62,129 bases of DNA, taken from the NCBI GenBank assembly GCA_963727895.1, contig CAVSHT010000018.1:1-62129 (forward strand), read 5' to 3'. The stretch's first letter is position 1, and every line of letters starts with the position of its first letter. A model generated the notes under the pieces. The model searched no databases and was not told where the DNA came from. It worked only from the letters and a program-made list of their open reading frames with translations. The stretch comes from an uncultured Methanosarcinaceae archaeon (GTDB lineage Archaea; Halobacteriota; Methanosarcinia; Methanosarcinales; Methanosarcinaceae). This document shows, piece by piece, positions 10,401-20,569 of this stretch. A program made the position numbers and the translations under genes.

Positions 10401-11654
10401 ATGTCAGAAAGAGAACTTACTGAAAATGAACTAGTTGAAGAAAGAATTGACCTATCACGGGCTACATGTCCTAACAGAGAACAGAGGGCAAACGGTATAA
10501 ACGTCTGGTATGGAAAAGCCAGCGATCTTGTAAAAGAAGCTCGTTCAGGCTGCTTGAGGCAAAGAGAAAGGAATTTTCAGCAGTCGAGTGGTTGTGTTCT
10601 GAACTTCTATCTTTCAGTAAGGATCGGAACAATCCGTGACGCTGTGGCTATATATCACGCACCTGTTGGCTGCTCGTCTGCAGCACTTGGCTACCGTGAA
10701 CTCTACAGTGAAGTCCCAATAATACATGTAAATACCTCAGGGTTTGCAGGGACCTCATACGATGGCTATGAGTACTTTTTCGATTCTGTAATCGATCAAC
10801 TCCTAGAAAAGACTCCGAAAGAAAAAGGATTGGTAAATGTATTCGGGATAGTTCCCTTCCAGCATATATTCTGGAAGGGAGCAGCAAGGGAAATAAAAAC
10901 ACTACTCGAAAAAATAGGCTTGAAGGCAAATCTGATCGTAGGAGAGTTTGATGCTCTTGAAAACCTAAAAAAAATCCCAGCTGCCGAATATAACATTGTT
11001 CTTTCAAGCTGGATCGGGCATAAAACGGCAGAAAAACTCGAAGAAAAGTTCGAGATTCCTTATATTTCCTTCCCAGGAGTACCGACAGGTCCAAAACAGA
11101 CCTCTGAATTCCTTAGAGTTATAGGAAAAAGACTAGATGTTTCAGCCGATGTCATTGAAGATCTTATTGCCAGAGAGGAAAAGCGTGCTTATAGATTTGC
11201 AGAATACGTTGGCGACATACTTCTGATTACCAGACCGCATCCTTATTTTGCGGTTGTCGCTGACAGTAGTTCAGCTGTGAGCATTACAAAATACCTTGCA
11301 AACGAGATGGGTTATCTGCCTGAAGTTGTTCAGATAACAGATAATCCACCTGAAGAAGCCCGTGAACTGATAAATGAGGAACTAACGACAGGTCTTGAAA
11401 CCCCGGCATGGCCTGAGATTATATACGAAGTGGATGCATATCGGATCCGGGAAAATTTAAAAGATAGAAATTTCCTGTTCCTGCTTGCAAGTTCTCTTGA
11501 AGCTAATATATCAGGTCCAGAATATAACGCTCTGTACGTGACGATTTCATTCCCTTCATATAACCGCGTGATACTCGAACACAATTATGCAGGGTTCAGT
11601 GGAGGGCTTACTCTAGTTGAAGACGTTATGAGTACATATGCAGGGCCTCTGTGA
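10401..11654 (+). CDS. Nitrogenase component-1-like protein; apparent MarD(N-terminal)::MarK(C-terminal) in-frame fusion
   Basis: aa 1-102 alpha-like (REQR..I..W.GKASDL.KE, Cys65, HAPVGC91); aa ~104-417 beta-like (PIIHVNTSGF...YAGFSGGLTLVED). The segment carrying the third P-cluster Cys is missing. Confidence 0.75.
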   Translation: MSERELTENELVEERIDLSRATCPNREQRANGINVWYGKASDLVKEARSGCLRQRERNFQQSSGCVLNFYLSVRIGTIRDAVAIYHAPVGCSSAALGYRELYSEVPIIHVNTSGFAGTSYDGYEYFFDSVIDQLLEKTPKEKGLVNVFGIVPFQHIFWKGAAREIKTLLEKIGLKANLIVGEFDALENLKKIPAAEYNIVLSSWIGHKTAEKLEEKFEIPYISFPGVPTGPKQTSEFLRVIGKRLDVSADVIEDLIAREEKRAYRFAEYVGDILLITRPHPYFAVVADSSSAVSITKYLANEMGYLPEVVQITDNPPEEARELINEELTTGLETPAWPEIIYEVDAYRIRENLKDRNFLFLLASSLEANISGPEYNALYVTISFPSYNRVILEHNYAGFSGGLTLVEDVMSTYAGPL

Positions 11655-11779
11655 GTGGATTTCACTTTTATCCACTCTTTTCATTTTAATTTTGAAGCAA
11701 GAATTTTGAACTCATATGAGAGTTTTAATTATTTTATATTATCAAATAGAAATTCAAAGAAATACCTTTTAATCCATCA

Positions 11780-11918
11780 TTCTCCTGAGGGCTTCTCCAA
11801 GGTATCTGGCCCCGTAGACAAAAAGAACAGTGAACTTATTTAGTCTCTGTGAAAATAGAGGCCAGCAGGAGTCAGAACTCTGACTCATCCACCATGTAAA
11901 TGCCCAAGAGTTCTAAAA
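11780..11918 (-). pseudogene. Decayed internal fragment of pdxS
   Basis: Aligns by eye to 3252..3394 (shared GAGGGCTTCTCCAAGGT, CAGCAGG.GTCAGAACT, TCCACCATGT, TTCTAAAAT). Confidence 0.8.
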
Positions 11919-11995
11919 TCTGTTTTTGAGGCAAAATATGCCTTTTTTAATATTCACTTATTATTATTAATTGAAATCGGCCATAACCTATATAA

Positions 11996-12056
11996 TTCAC
12001 AATTGTTAATAATATTCAGTTCACAACTGTCAATTTGAGTAGTTTACAATTGTAAA
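11996..12056. promoter_or_regulatory. Three tandem sulfur boxes
   Basis: TTCACAATTGTTAA (11996), TTCACAACTGTCAA (12020), TTTACAATTGTAAA (12043), directly after TATA-like CTATATAA. Confidence 0.8.
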
Positions 12057-12129
12057 CACTACATCATCAGTACACAACAACTGTACTGAGCAAATACATC
12101 AAGTATTTCGCTTTCTGAAGTGCATAATT

Positions 12130-13122
12130 ATGGACAAAGAACTTAATGCAAATATTAAGGCATCTCTGCTGAGTATAGGTAGTGCTCAGGTTGATAAATC
12201 CCTCCTTCCTGATCAGAATACCAGCAAGGCTACAGCCGGACCAGGGGCAGGAGGTTCCTCAATCTTTTTAAAGTCCGGAAATCAGAGAGTTAGGCTTACA
12301 ATCAATGATGCTTCTCCTTTGAAAGTAATACAGGAAGATGAACATGTAGTAGTCATTAAAGACGAAAAAGTGATTTCCAGAGGAATACTTGAACATCCAC
12401 TTTGTCATTGTCCGGAACAGGCATATATTACGTTATCTGAAAAATGCATATACGATTGCCAGTTTTGTCCTGTGCCGAAAATGCACGGTGGAATAAAGGA
12501 CAGTACAAAAGTACTCAAGATGATTGAGGAAGCTTATGCAACAGGTGAACTCAAAGCAATTTCTCTTACCAGTGGAGTAGCTGTTTCACCAAAAAAAGAA
12601 GTTGAGAGGGCAGTAGATATAATAAAACAACTTACGCGTGAGTATGATCTCCCAATAGGAGTTTCAGTTTATCCCACAACAGGTTCTTCAGAAGAACTTT
12701 ATTCTGCGGGTGCATGCGAGGTAAAATACAATGTTGAAACGATGGATTCAAACCTTTTCCGCCGATTCTGTCCGGATCTCTCGCTTTATACAGTTCTTGA
12801 TGCTCTCGACAACGCAGTTAATGTTTTCGGCAGAAACAAGGTTTCTTCAAACTTTATAATAGGTCTTGGAGAAAGTGATGAAACCGTTCAAAAGGGTATC
12901 AAGCTACTTACAAGTCGATGTATAATTCCAATTCTCAGACCTATTTCTCCTAGCTCCCTCAGGAAAGATGTGAAGATAACCAGGCCAGATGCTTCACGGC
13001 TTTTAAAACTTGGAGGCATGCTAAAAGATACGCTTGACCATGAGTCACTTTGTGTCGATAAATCCAAAACAATGTGCCTATTCTGCACTGGCTGTGACTT
13101 AACACTTCATAAAGATATTTGA
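12130..13122 (+). CDS. Radical SAM protein (biotin-synthase-related, function unknown)
   Basis: CIYDCQFC motif; YNVET; IIGLGE; C-terminal CxxCxxCD. Confidence 0.85.
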   Translation: MDKELNANIKASLLSIGSAQVDKSLLPDQNTSKATAGPGAGGSSIFLKSGNQRVRLTINDASPLKVIQEDEHVVVIKDEKVISRGILEHPLCHCPEQAYITLSEKCIYDCQFCPVPKMHGGIKDSTKVLKMIEEAYATGELKAISLTSGVAVSPKKEVERAVDIIKQLTREYDLPIGVSVYPTTGSSEELYSAGACEVKYNVETMDSNLFRRFCPDLSLYTVLDALDNAVNVFGRNKVSSNFIIGLGESDETVQKGIKLLTSRCIIPILRPISPSSLRKDVKITRPDASRLLKLGGMLKDTLDHESLCVDKSKTMCLFCTGCDLTLHKDI

Positions 13123-13349
13123 GTGAAACTATTTAATATCAACAAAACTTTTTGAGAAGAATATTTGTTTCTCCATTTTTATCTTGTAAGAATTCAGGCA
13201 AATTATTATTGAAGGAAAAATTATAGATTTAATGTAAGGCATACCCCAAATGTATATTATATTTTCTCAAAAAGGAAATGCTTTTTGACTATTTTGGCTT
13301 TAAAGGTTAATTTGTTTTATTTTACGGAAATGTTTATAAATATTAAATC

Positions 13350-13363
13350 ATCACAATTGTGTA
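13350..13363. promoter_or_regulatory. Sulfur box (2 mismatches) between TATA and start codon
   Basis: ATCACAATTGTGTA; TTTATAAA at 13333..13340; ATG at 13365. Confidence 0.7.
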
Positions 13364-13364
13364 C

Positions 13365-14183
13365 ATGGCAGAACAATTCACTCTTACCATTCAATCTGGA
13401 AAAAACAGATTAGGAAAAAATGAAGGATTTGAAAGCATAGAAATAAGATCAAGAGATACTCTCTCAATTGTCGGCCCAACTGGTTCAGGAAAAACAGCCT
13501 TAATTAATGATATTGAAACCCTCGCACAGGGAGATACTATAACAGGCCGAAGGATTCTTATCAATGGTGAAGAACCTCCTGAATCTTTTATACGGGAGCC
13601 AGCCTTCAAACCAATTGCCATGATAACCCAAAACACACGTTGTCTGGCAGATCTCTCAGTTGAAGAATTCTTGCTCATGCATATAAAAGCAAGAAAACCA
13701 GGCAGGGAAGATTTGGTTGAAGAGACAATGAATCTTGCAAATACTTTTACAGGTGAAGCGATCAGCCTTAAAAGCAGGATGAGTGGCTTGTCGGGAGGGC
13801 AGACTAGATCTCTTATGATTGCAGATGCTCTTGTAATTGGTGACACCCCAATACTTTTGCTTGATGAAATTGAAAATGCAGGCATTTTTAAAGACCGCGT
13901 TATCCAGTCTCTTCAAGGAGGAAATAAAGCAGTTATCCTTGTCACCCATGATCCTTATCTTGCGCTTACAGCAGACAGGCGTATCGTGATGAAAAATGGA
14001 GGAGTTACGTCCGTAATCAAATCTGCCGGGGAAGAGCAGCATCTTATCGAAGACCTTTCTTTAATAGAAGACAAACTCCATCAAATCCGGGAAAAACTCA
14101 GACAGGGAGCTGCTTTTTCATCAACTTCTTCAAAGATTTCAATGATTTCATCAGGCCAAAAAATGCCGTTGAATAGGGTGTGA
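13365..14183 (+). CDS. ABC-type ATPase without adjacent permease
   Basis: GPTGSGKT, LSGGQ, LLLDE, VTHD. Confidence 0.88.
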   Translation: MAEQFTLTIQSGKNRLGKNEGFESIEIRSRDTLSIVGPTGSGKTALINDIETLAQGDTITGRRILINGEEPPESFIREPAFKPIAMITQNTRCLADLSVEEFLLMHIKARKPGREDLVEETMNLANTFTGEAISLKSRMSGLSGGQTRSLMIADALVIGDTPILLLDEIENAGIFKDRVIQSLQGGNKAVILVTHDPYLALTADRRIVMKNGGVTSVIKSAGEEQHLIEDLSLIEDKLHQIREKLRQGAAFSSTSSKISMISSGQKMPLNRV

Positions 14184-14189
14184 GTCAAA

Positions 14190-14894
14190 ATGAAGCTTCT
14201 AATTATTGCCGGCCCTCCAAGTGGAGGAAAAACAGCTGTGATCCGCCAGGTTATAAAAAATCTCCCTGAAGGTTCACTTCCTGCCTTTCTGAAAATCGAT
14301 GTTGTACACGCCACAGAAGATCAGGAACTTGCAGAAGAGTTTGACATTCCTGTCAAAAAGATATATTCAGGAGACGTATGTCCTGACCACATGGGAATTC
14401 TGGTGCTTGAAGAAGCATTACAGTGGGCTGAGAGCATTTCAAGGAATATCTTGATAATTGAAAGCGCAGGACTCTGTCTAAGATGTACCCCTTACACGAC
14501 TTACTCTCTTGGAATTGCGGTTATCAGTGCGATCTCAGGAACTAATTCCCCACTCAAAACAGCACCTTTACTTGCTCTTGCAGACGTGGCGGTTGTTACC
14601 AAGACCGACCTTGTATCACAGGCAGAAAAAGAGGTTTTCAGGGAAAGTATCCGTAAAGTGGTCCCGAATATTGACATTGTAGAGACAAACGCAATTCAAG
14701 GAACAGGTTTAAGATACCTGATGAGGCGGATCGCCGATCATCCAGATATAGGATTTGACCCAATTGTGTTAAGAGGTGCCCCTCCGCTTGGTGTATGTAC
14801 TGTATGTATTGGGAAAAAAGAAATTGGATGGAAAAACCACTTTGGAGTCATTCGGCCGCTGGATATGCCAGAACCCTTATACAGAGGCGACTGA
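14190..14894 (+). CDS. HypB/UreG-like GTPase (metallochaperone)
   Basis: GPPSGGKT, CPDH, ESAGLCLRC, TKTD. Confidence 0.85.
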   Translation: MKLLIIAGPPSGGKTAVIRQVIKNLPEGSLPAFLKIDVVHATEDQELAEEFDIPVKKIYSGDVCPDHMGILVLEEALQWAESISRNILIIESAGLCLRCTPYTTYSLGIAVISAISGTNSPLKTAPLLALADVAVVTKTDLVSQAEKEVFRESIRKVVPNIDIVETNAIQGTGLRYLMRRIADHPDIGFDPIVLRGAPPLGVCTVCIGKKEIGWKNHFGVIRPLDMPEPLYRGD

Positions 14895-14896
14895 TA

Positions 14897-15565
14897 ATGA
14901 ATAAATGGAGCCCCCCTAGTAAAAACTGCGGAGCTTGTGGCTCTCAGACATGTTCGGACTTTGTTTCCAGGCTTGAAACCGGATTAACAGAGTTGGAAAT
15001 GTGTCCGTTCTATAGTATAGAAAACACCGTAGAAAAGACAGTGAATCCGGAGAAAATTGCAAGCCGGAAATATCCAGAAATCCAGGCAAAAAACATCACT
15101 TACTCCGGTGTATATGTGGCTGGAAAAGAATACGACTTCGTCCTCCTTCCATTTCCGGATGAACCATCAGCCAGAAAGTTCATAGTACCTTTCAGAGCAG
15201 ATCTTGTGGAAAAATGGAATATTAAAAAGGGAGATCTTGTGACTGGTCGCCCAGCAGGTCCAGGTTGTCCAGTATGTCACGCTTTGAGAGTTCTGAGTGC
15301 AAATCCAGTTACAGGTGTAATTGAATGCCATACTGTAGGTCCAATGGCCGCAAGAAAGGAAGATGTCCATGATGTTCAGGCTTATCACGTCCATGCTTTC
15401 GAAGGGATTGCCAGTACTATAAAAAAGCCTCCTATATTCGGAACCCGCCAGTATTTCCTGCCAGGCAATTGCATGATAGGACTTGCACATACGGCTCTTG
15501 TGAATATGTGTTTCCAAAAGCCTTCCGGACTTCATGTCAGGCTTGAGGATATCAGGATATTGTAA
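14897..15565 (+). CDS. (Fe-S)-binding protein
   Basis: N-terminal NCGACGSQTC...CP motif; GRPAGPGCPV; ATG at 14897 follows the upstream stop. Confidence 0.8.
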   Translation: MNKWSPPSKNCGACGSQTCSDFVSRLETGLTELEMCPFYSIENTVEKTVNPEKIASRKYPEIQAKNITYSGVYVAGKEYDFVLLPFPDEPSARKFIVPFRADLVEKWNIKKGDLVTGRPAGPGCPVCHALRVLSANPVTGVIECHTVGPMAARKEDVHDVQAYHVHAFEGIASTIKKPPIFGTRQYFLPGNCMIGLAHTALVNMCFQKPSGLHVRLEDIRIL

Positions 15566-15611
15566 CGACTATTGAGTTGGATATATAACGACTATTAGAA
15601 GTCGAGATACT

Positions 15612-16856
15612 ATGAAAACTATTGAAGAGATAAATAAGAAAATCGCTTCCAAAGAAGCGATAATCTTGACTGCTTCTGAACTTAAGTCCATGGTACGTGA
15701 TGGAAAAGATGTGACTGTTGATGATGTGGATGTGGTCACTACCGGGACATTTGGCGTGATGTCAGGCACAATGGCAGTTATGATGGTGCCAGTAGCCGAA
15801 AAGTGCAGTTTTGAAAGGGCAGACGCCATCTGGCTAAATGGAGTACCTGCGCAACCAGGTCCCTGTCCTAACGAAAGACTTGGGGTTGTAGACCTCGTGA
15901 TAAATGGAACTGCTCATGCCGATGACCAATATGGTGGAGGGCACCTTTTCCGGGACCTTGTAAAAGGCAAAACCATTGATGTGCTTGTGGAAGCTCATGG
16001 CAGGCGTTATGAAAATCAGGTTATGCTTGACGAGATTGAATTTGCCAGGATTATTACAACAAGACTTGCATTTAAAAATTACCACGCACTGATTAACCCT
16101 ACTTCCTCTACAATTAGCACTATATTTTCTGTAACAGGCTTAACAGGTCCTTTTACAGAAACAACAGTATCAGGATGCGGTGAAATAAATCCGCTGCAAA
16201 ATGATACTTCTCATAGATCAATAGGAGTGGGCACAAGGGTTCTATTAAATGGCGCACCTGGTTATATCATGGGAAAAGGAACTAGAACAAGTCCTGATAA
16301 GCCGAATGTATCTGCTTATGCAGACATGAAAAAGATGGACCCAACCCTGATGGGTGGAATGAAGACCTCACATGGGCCTGAATGTCTGACATCACTTACA
16401 GTTCCTATCCCTGTCCTTGATGAAGAGATTCTTTCGGGATTAAAAATCCTGGACCAGAATGTTTCATTATCCGTATCAGACATAAACGGACGCACTGAAC
16501 ACGCAAAAGTTAATTACGGAAATGTATGGGGAGGTACTGATAAGGTTATCCGTGTTGAAAAAGAAAAGTGCTTGCATCATCCAGACTGTGCCGCAATGCG
16601 CACATGTCCTATGGAAGCAATTTCAAATAATTGTGTTATCAACAGAGATCTCTGTATTAATTGTGGAACCTGTACACTTCAATGTTCTGAAGGTGTATTC
16701 CGTGCAAAGCTTGGGTCGATAAAGCTGGCTGAAGGAGTTTTACCCATATCTTTGAGGCAGTCAGACAGGGCAAGGGCAGAAAGACTCTGTACTATGCTTA
16801 AAAACCGGATTTTGAAGCAGAAGTTTGTACCTACAAAAATGTTGGAGCCTCTCTAA
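15612..16856 (+). CDS. DUF39/homocysteine-biosynthesis family protein with ferredoxin domain (methanogenesis marker 16-like)
   Basis: KTIEEINKKI, DVVTTGTFGVMSG, GPCPNE, SGCGEINPLQND; C-terminal CxxCxxC ferredoxin. Confidence 0.85.
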   Translation: MKTIEEINKKIASKEAIILTASELKSMVRDGKDVTVDDVDVVTTGTFGVMSGTMAVMMVPVAEKCSFERADAIWLNGVPAQPGPCPNERLGVVDLVINGTAHADDQYGGGHLFRDLVKGKTIDVLVEAHGRRYENQVMLDEIEFARIITTRLAFKNYHALINPTSSTISTIFSVTGLTGPFTETTVSGCGEINPLQNDTSHRSIGVGTRVLLNGAPGYIMGKGTRTSPDKPNVSAYADMKKMDPTLMGGMKTSHGPECLTSLTVPIPVLDEEILSGLKILDQNVSLSVSDINGRTEHAKVNYGNVWGGTDKVIRVEKEKCLHHPDCAAMRTCPMEAISNNCVINRDLCINCGTCTLQCSEGVFRAKLGSIKLAEGVLPISLRQSDRARAERLCTMLKNRILKQKFVPTKMLEPL

Positions 16857-16896
16857 CAAATTTCAAATTTGTGGATTTTCTATGAAAATGGATTAA

Positions 16897-17117
16897 TGGT
16901 ATCACGTTAGTTATGTATCATTATATTACTTATCATTATATTACTTATCATTATATTACTTATCATTATATTACTTATCATTATATTACGTATCATTATA
17001 TTACGTATCATTATATTATGTATCATTATATTATGTATCATTATAGAATATAGACTAAATAAATATTCAAAGTTTCTGGACAATCTTATAAGGAACTTCT
17101 GGATTAACGTGATACCA
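16897..17117. mobile_element. Possible MITE-like element, 221 bp
   Basis: 13-bp perfect terminal inverted repeat TGGTATCACGTTA (16897..16909) and TAACGTGATACCA (17105..17117); no clear target duplication. Confidence 0.45.
16911..17045. repeat. 15-bp tandem repeat, ~9 copies
   Basis: Unit TATCATTATATTA(CT/CG/TG). Confidence 0.95.
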
Positions 17118-17220
17118 GTTCATATGACTGAAAAAACATTTTATTTTTCTGGGAAAATCATTTTATTTTTTTGAAATAATGGATTTTTAGGAAAATTCAT
17201 TAATATAGCTGGTATTTTTC

Positions 17221-18507
17221 ATGGTAAAAGAAAAAATCGAATCTCGCATTCATACCCGTCAGGGAAACAAACGCACCCAAAAAGATTATGCTGGACAATG
17301 TGATTGCTCAGGTCAGTCTTCTTCCGAGTCTGAAACTCAATCTGATGTTGTTATAGTTCGGTATGGCGAACTTGCTCTTAAAAGTACAGGAGTTCGAAAT
17401 TGGTATGAGAAAATCCTCATAAAGAATATATCATCAATGCTTGACTCAAGAGAAATTCCATATTCGCAGATCCGTCGGGAATGGGGCAGGATATTTATTG
17501 AGACAAAGGATGAACGTGCAGCTGAAGCCGCTTCTGATGTTTTTGGGATTGTCTCAACGTCTCCTGCGTTGACAGCAGAGTCAACCCTTGAGAACGCTGC
17601 AAGTGTGTGTGCTACCCTTGCCAGGGACCTTATTTTAGAAAGCGAATCATTTGCTATCAGGGCCAGAAGAAGTGGAAACCACATATTTTCTTCAACGGAC
17701 ATCGGCAGAACGTGTGGAGATGCTGTATGGGAGGCCCTGGAAAAAGAAGGAAAACATCCAAAAGTAAACCTGACTTCCCCTGATAAGGAAATATATGTTG
17801 AAATGAGGCAGAGTCTGGCTTATATCTATCTTAAAACATTTAAAGGAGTAGGAGGCCTTCCCCTCGGCACTCAGGGAAGTATGATAGTTTTAATGTCTGG
17901 TGGGCTTGACTCGCCGGTTGCAGCCTGGCTTATGATGAAACGGGGAGTTATGATTATTCCTGTCTATTGCAATAATTCCCCTTATGCAGAAGATGCAGCA
18001 AGAGAGAGGGCTTTTGACTGTATCCGACAACTTCAGAAATGGGCTCCAGGACATCAATTTACAACTTATGAGATTCCTCATGGACCAAATCTTAAGACTT
18101 TTATCGATATATGTAACCGGAAAAATACCTGTCTTCTCTGCAAACGCACTATGTACAGAGAAGCTTATGAAATTATGAAAAAAGAAGGCGCAACTGGAAT
18201 TATTACCGGGTCTTCTCTGGGACAGGTAGCTTCACAGACTGCTGCGAATATGTATGCTGAAATCTATCAGCTTGCTATGCCCATATATCACCCTTTGATT
18301 GCTTTAGACAAAATTGAAATAATGGATATAGCCCGCAAAATTGGAACCTATGATATATCAAATAGAGCAGCAGGAGGCTGCACTGCTGTTCCTGAGAAAC
18401 CTGAAATAGGAGCCAAATATGATCTTATTGTGCTTGAGGAACGAAAAATGGATATAGAAACTATGGTTTCAAATGCTATGAAAGAGGCAAAAATCCATAA
18501 ACTTTGA
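17221..18507 (+). CDS. thiI: tRNA 4-thiouridine synthase
   Basis: VRYGELALKS, THUMP domain, GGLPLGTQG, SGGLDSPVA, CLLCKR, SLGQVASQT. Confidence 0.95.
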   Translation: MVKEKIESRIHTRQGNKRTQKDYAGQCDCSGQSSSESETQSDVVIVRYGELALKSTGVRNWYEKILIKNISSMLDSREIPYSQIRREWGRIFIETKDERAAEAASDVFGIVSTSPALTAESTLENAASVCATLARDLILESESFAIRARRSGNHIFSSTDIGRTCGDAVWEALEKEGKHPKVNLTSPDKEIYVEMRQSLAYIYLKTFKGVGGLPLGTQGSMIVLMSGGLDSPVAAWLMMKRGVMIIPVYCNNSPYAEDAARERAFDCIRQLQKWAPGHQFTTYEIPHGPNLKTFIDICNRKNTCLLCKRTMYREAYEIMKKEGATGIITGSSLGQVASQTAANMYAEIYQLAMPIYHPLIALDKIEIMDIARKIGTYDISNRAAGGCTAVPEKPEIGAKYDLIVLEERKMDIETMVSNAMKEAKIHKL

Positions 18508-18616
18508 ATGAATATTCAAATTTTTCTTGCCCCATAATTGAGGAATAAAACTCTATTAAGCCTTTCTTGAGAACTATTCTGAATTTTGGGATCAAATTTA
18601 TATATAAAAAATAATC

Positions 18617-18637
18617 AAAGGAGAGGAACTCTCCTTT
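18617..18637. terminator. Hairpin between convergent genes
   Basis: AAAGGAGAG-GAA-CTCTCCTTT. Confidence 0.5.
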
Positions 18638-18650
18638 TGTGCTTAAAACT

Positions 18651-20227
18651 TCATTTTACTGTAATACAATTAGATACTGTTTTGGAATTACTTCCAGCAA
18701 CATTGGTTACTGTCAATTTGACCGTATAATTTCCTGCTTTTGAATACATATGAGTTGGATTTTGTGAGGTCTTTACTGCTCCATCTCCAAAGCTCCATTT
18801 CCATGAAGTAGGTGAGCCTGTACTTTTGTCAGTAAACTTCACACTCAATGGAGCTTTTCCGGAAGTAGGGGTTGCAGAAAAAACAGCAACTGGTTTTCCT
18901 ATTACTTTTATATAATTTGTTTTTGTTGTTGTGTTGCTACCTGCAGCATTTGTTACTGTCAGTTTAACAGTATAACTACCTGCTTTTGAATATGTATGAA
19001 CTGGATTTTGTGAGGTCTTCGTTGATCCATCTCCAAAGCTCCATTTCCAAGAAGTTGGAGAGCCATTACTTTTGTCTTTAAAAGAAAATGTTAGTGGTGC
19101 TTTTCCTGATGTTACATTGCTGGTAAAGTTTGCAACAGGAAGGACTGGTTGTATGTTAAGAGAGCCTATAAACAGCCCGAAAGATGACGGCCGGCGACCT
19201 ACATTTACCGTGGCTATAACTTTATTTGTAGCTGTATCAATAACAGAAACATTGTCGTTAGCGGACCTAGGTAAAAATGAGCTACTATCAAAGTTCACTA
19301 TATATGCTTTTGTTCCATCTGGAGTAACTGAAACTCCATAAGGTTCTGTGCCTACTTTCACCGTAGCTACAACTTTATTTGTTGCCGTGTCAATTACAGA
19401 GACAGTGTTTCCTGGATTATTGTAGGTGCCTGAGTTTGTCACATATACCTTTTTCCATCCAACGTGACTGAAACTCCGTGAGGACCCTGTCCTACGTTCA
19501 CCGTAGCTATAACTTTGTTTGTTGCCGTGTCAATTACAAAGACAGTGTTTCCTAGAACACTATCATTTCCACAGTTTGCTACATATACCTTTGTTCCATC
19601 CGGACTTACTGCAACTCCATAAGGCCCCTGTCCTACATTTACCGTGGCTGTAACTTTGTTTGTTGCCGTGTCAATTACAGAAACAGTATTGCTTATTAAG
19701 TTTGTCACGTAAACCTTTGTTCCCTTTGGGTTAACTACTACTCCCCGAGGATTACTCCCAACAGTCACATTGGATATAATATTATTCGTGGCTGTGTCAA
19801 TTACATGGACAGATTGAGTTCTAGAGTCTACTATATACACTTTTGTTCCATCTGGAGAAGCTGCAACTCCATGATTACCTTCTTGAACCTCATCAGAAGG
19901 ATATCCATTACTAAATCTAGAAATACTATATGTAGTGGTGTTAAGAACATAGAATTCATTATAACCACTACTTGTTATATACACATTTTTTCCATTTGGG
20001 TTGACTGCAACTCCATCAGGAGAGTATAAGCCAGAAGAAATCGTGGCTGTAACATTACCTGTAGCTGTGTCAATTACAGACATACTGTCATCTAAACCAT
20101 TGGAAATATAGGCAAATGGCGTTGCATCTGTAATATTTACTAACACTAAAAGTACAAGTGCCATTATTCCTAAGACTTTAATGAGATCATGTTCTCTTCG
20201 TGTTTTATTGAATTTAATTTTGTCCAT
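18651..20227 (-). pseudogene. YVTN beta-propeller + 2 PKD surface protein, one frameshift near 19450
   Basis: YVTN/SVIDTATNKV repeats in both ORFs; WKWSFGDG PKD motifs; the repeat at 19445 is 1 nt shorter than its sister repeat at 19585. Confidence 0.85.
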
Positions 20228-20569
20228 ATTAAGCCTTCTTGAATTTAATTAACCAATTAGTTTCAATCTTTTTAGTCTGTTTTTGCCAAAATTTATTATA
20301 AGGCTATTATTATTTCACATAGTTTGCATACATAAATATTGATTATTTAATATTTATAGAAAAATTGTATAAACCAATCCAAAAAGCCGAAAATTAAAAC
20401 ATAAAAAGAGATCACTGTATCAAGTTTAAAGAATCTGGATAATTTATGGTCAAGGATTTTTACAAAGCCAAAATATCAGAAATAAGAGTTAGCTTTTCTA
20501 AAAAACCACATTATTAAAAAACTAGGTCAAAGTTTTTATGAATTAACAGCGTTAACTTTTTGGATAAAT

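Noticed and set aside
9157..11654. Canonical nitrogen-fixation cluster
   Set aside because: No nifE/N or nifI; sequences are group-IV-like and the component-1 gene is chimeric.
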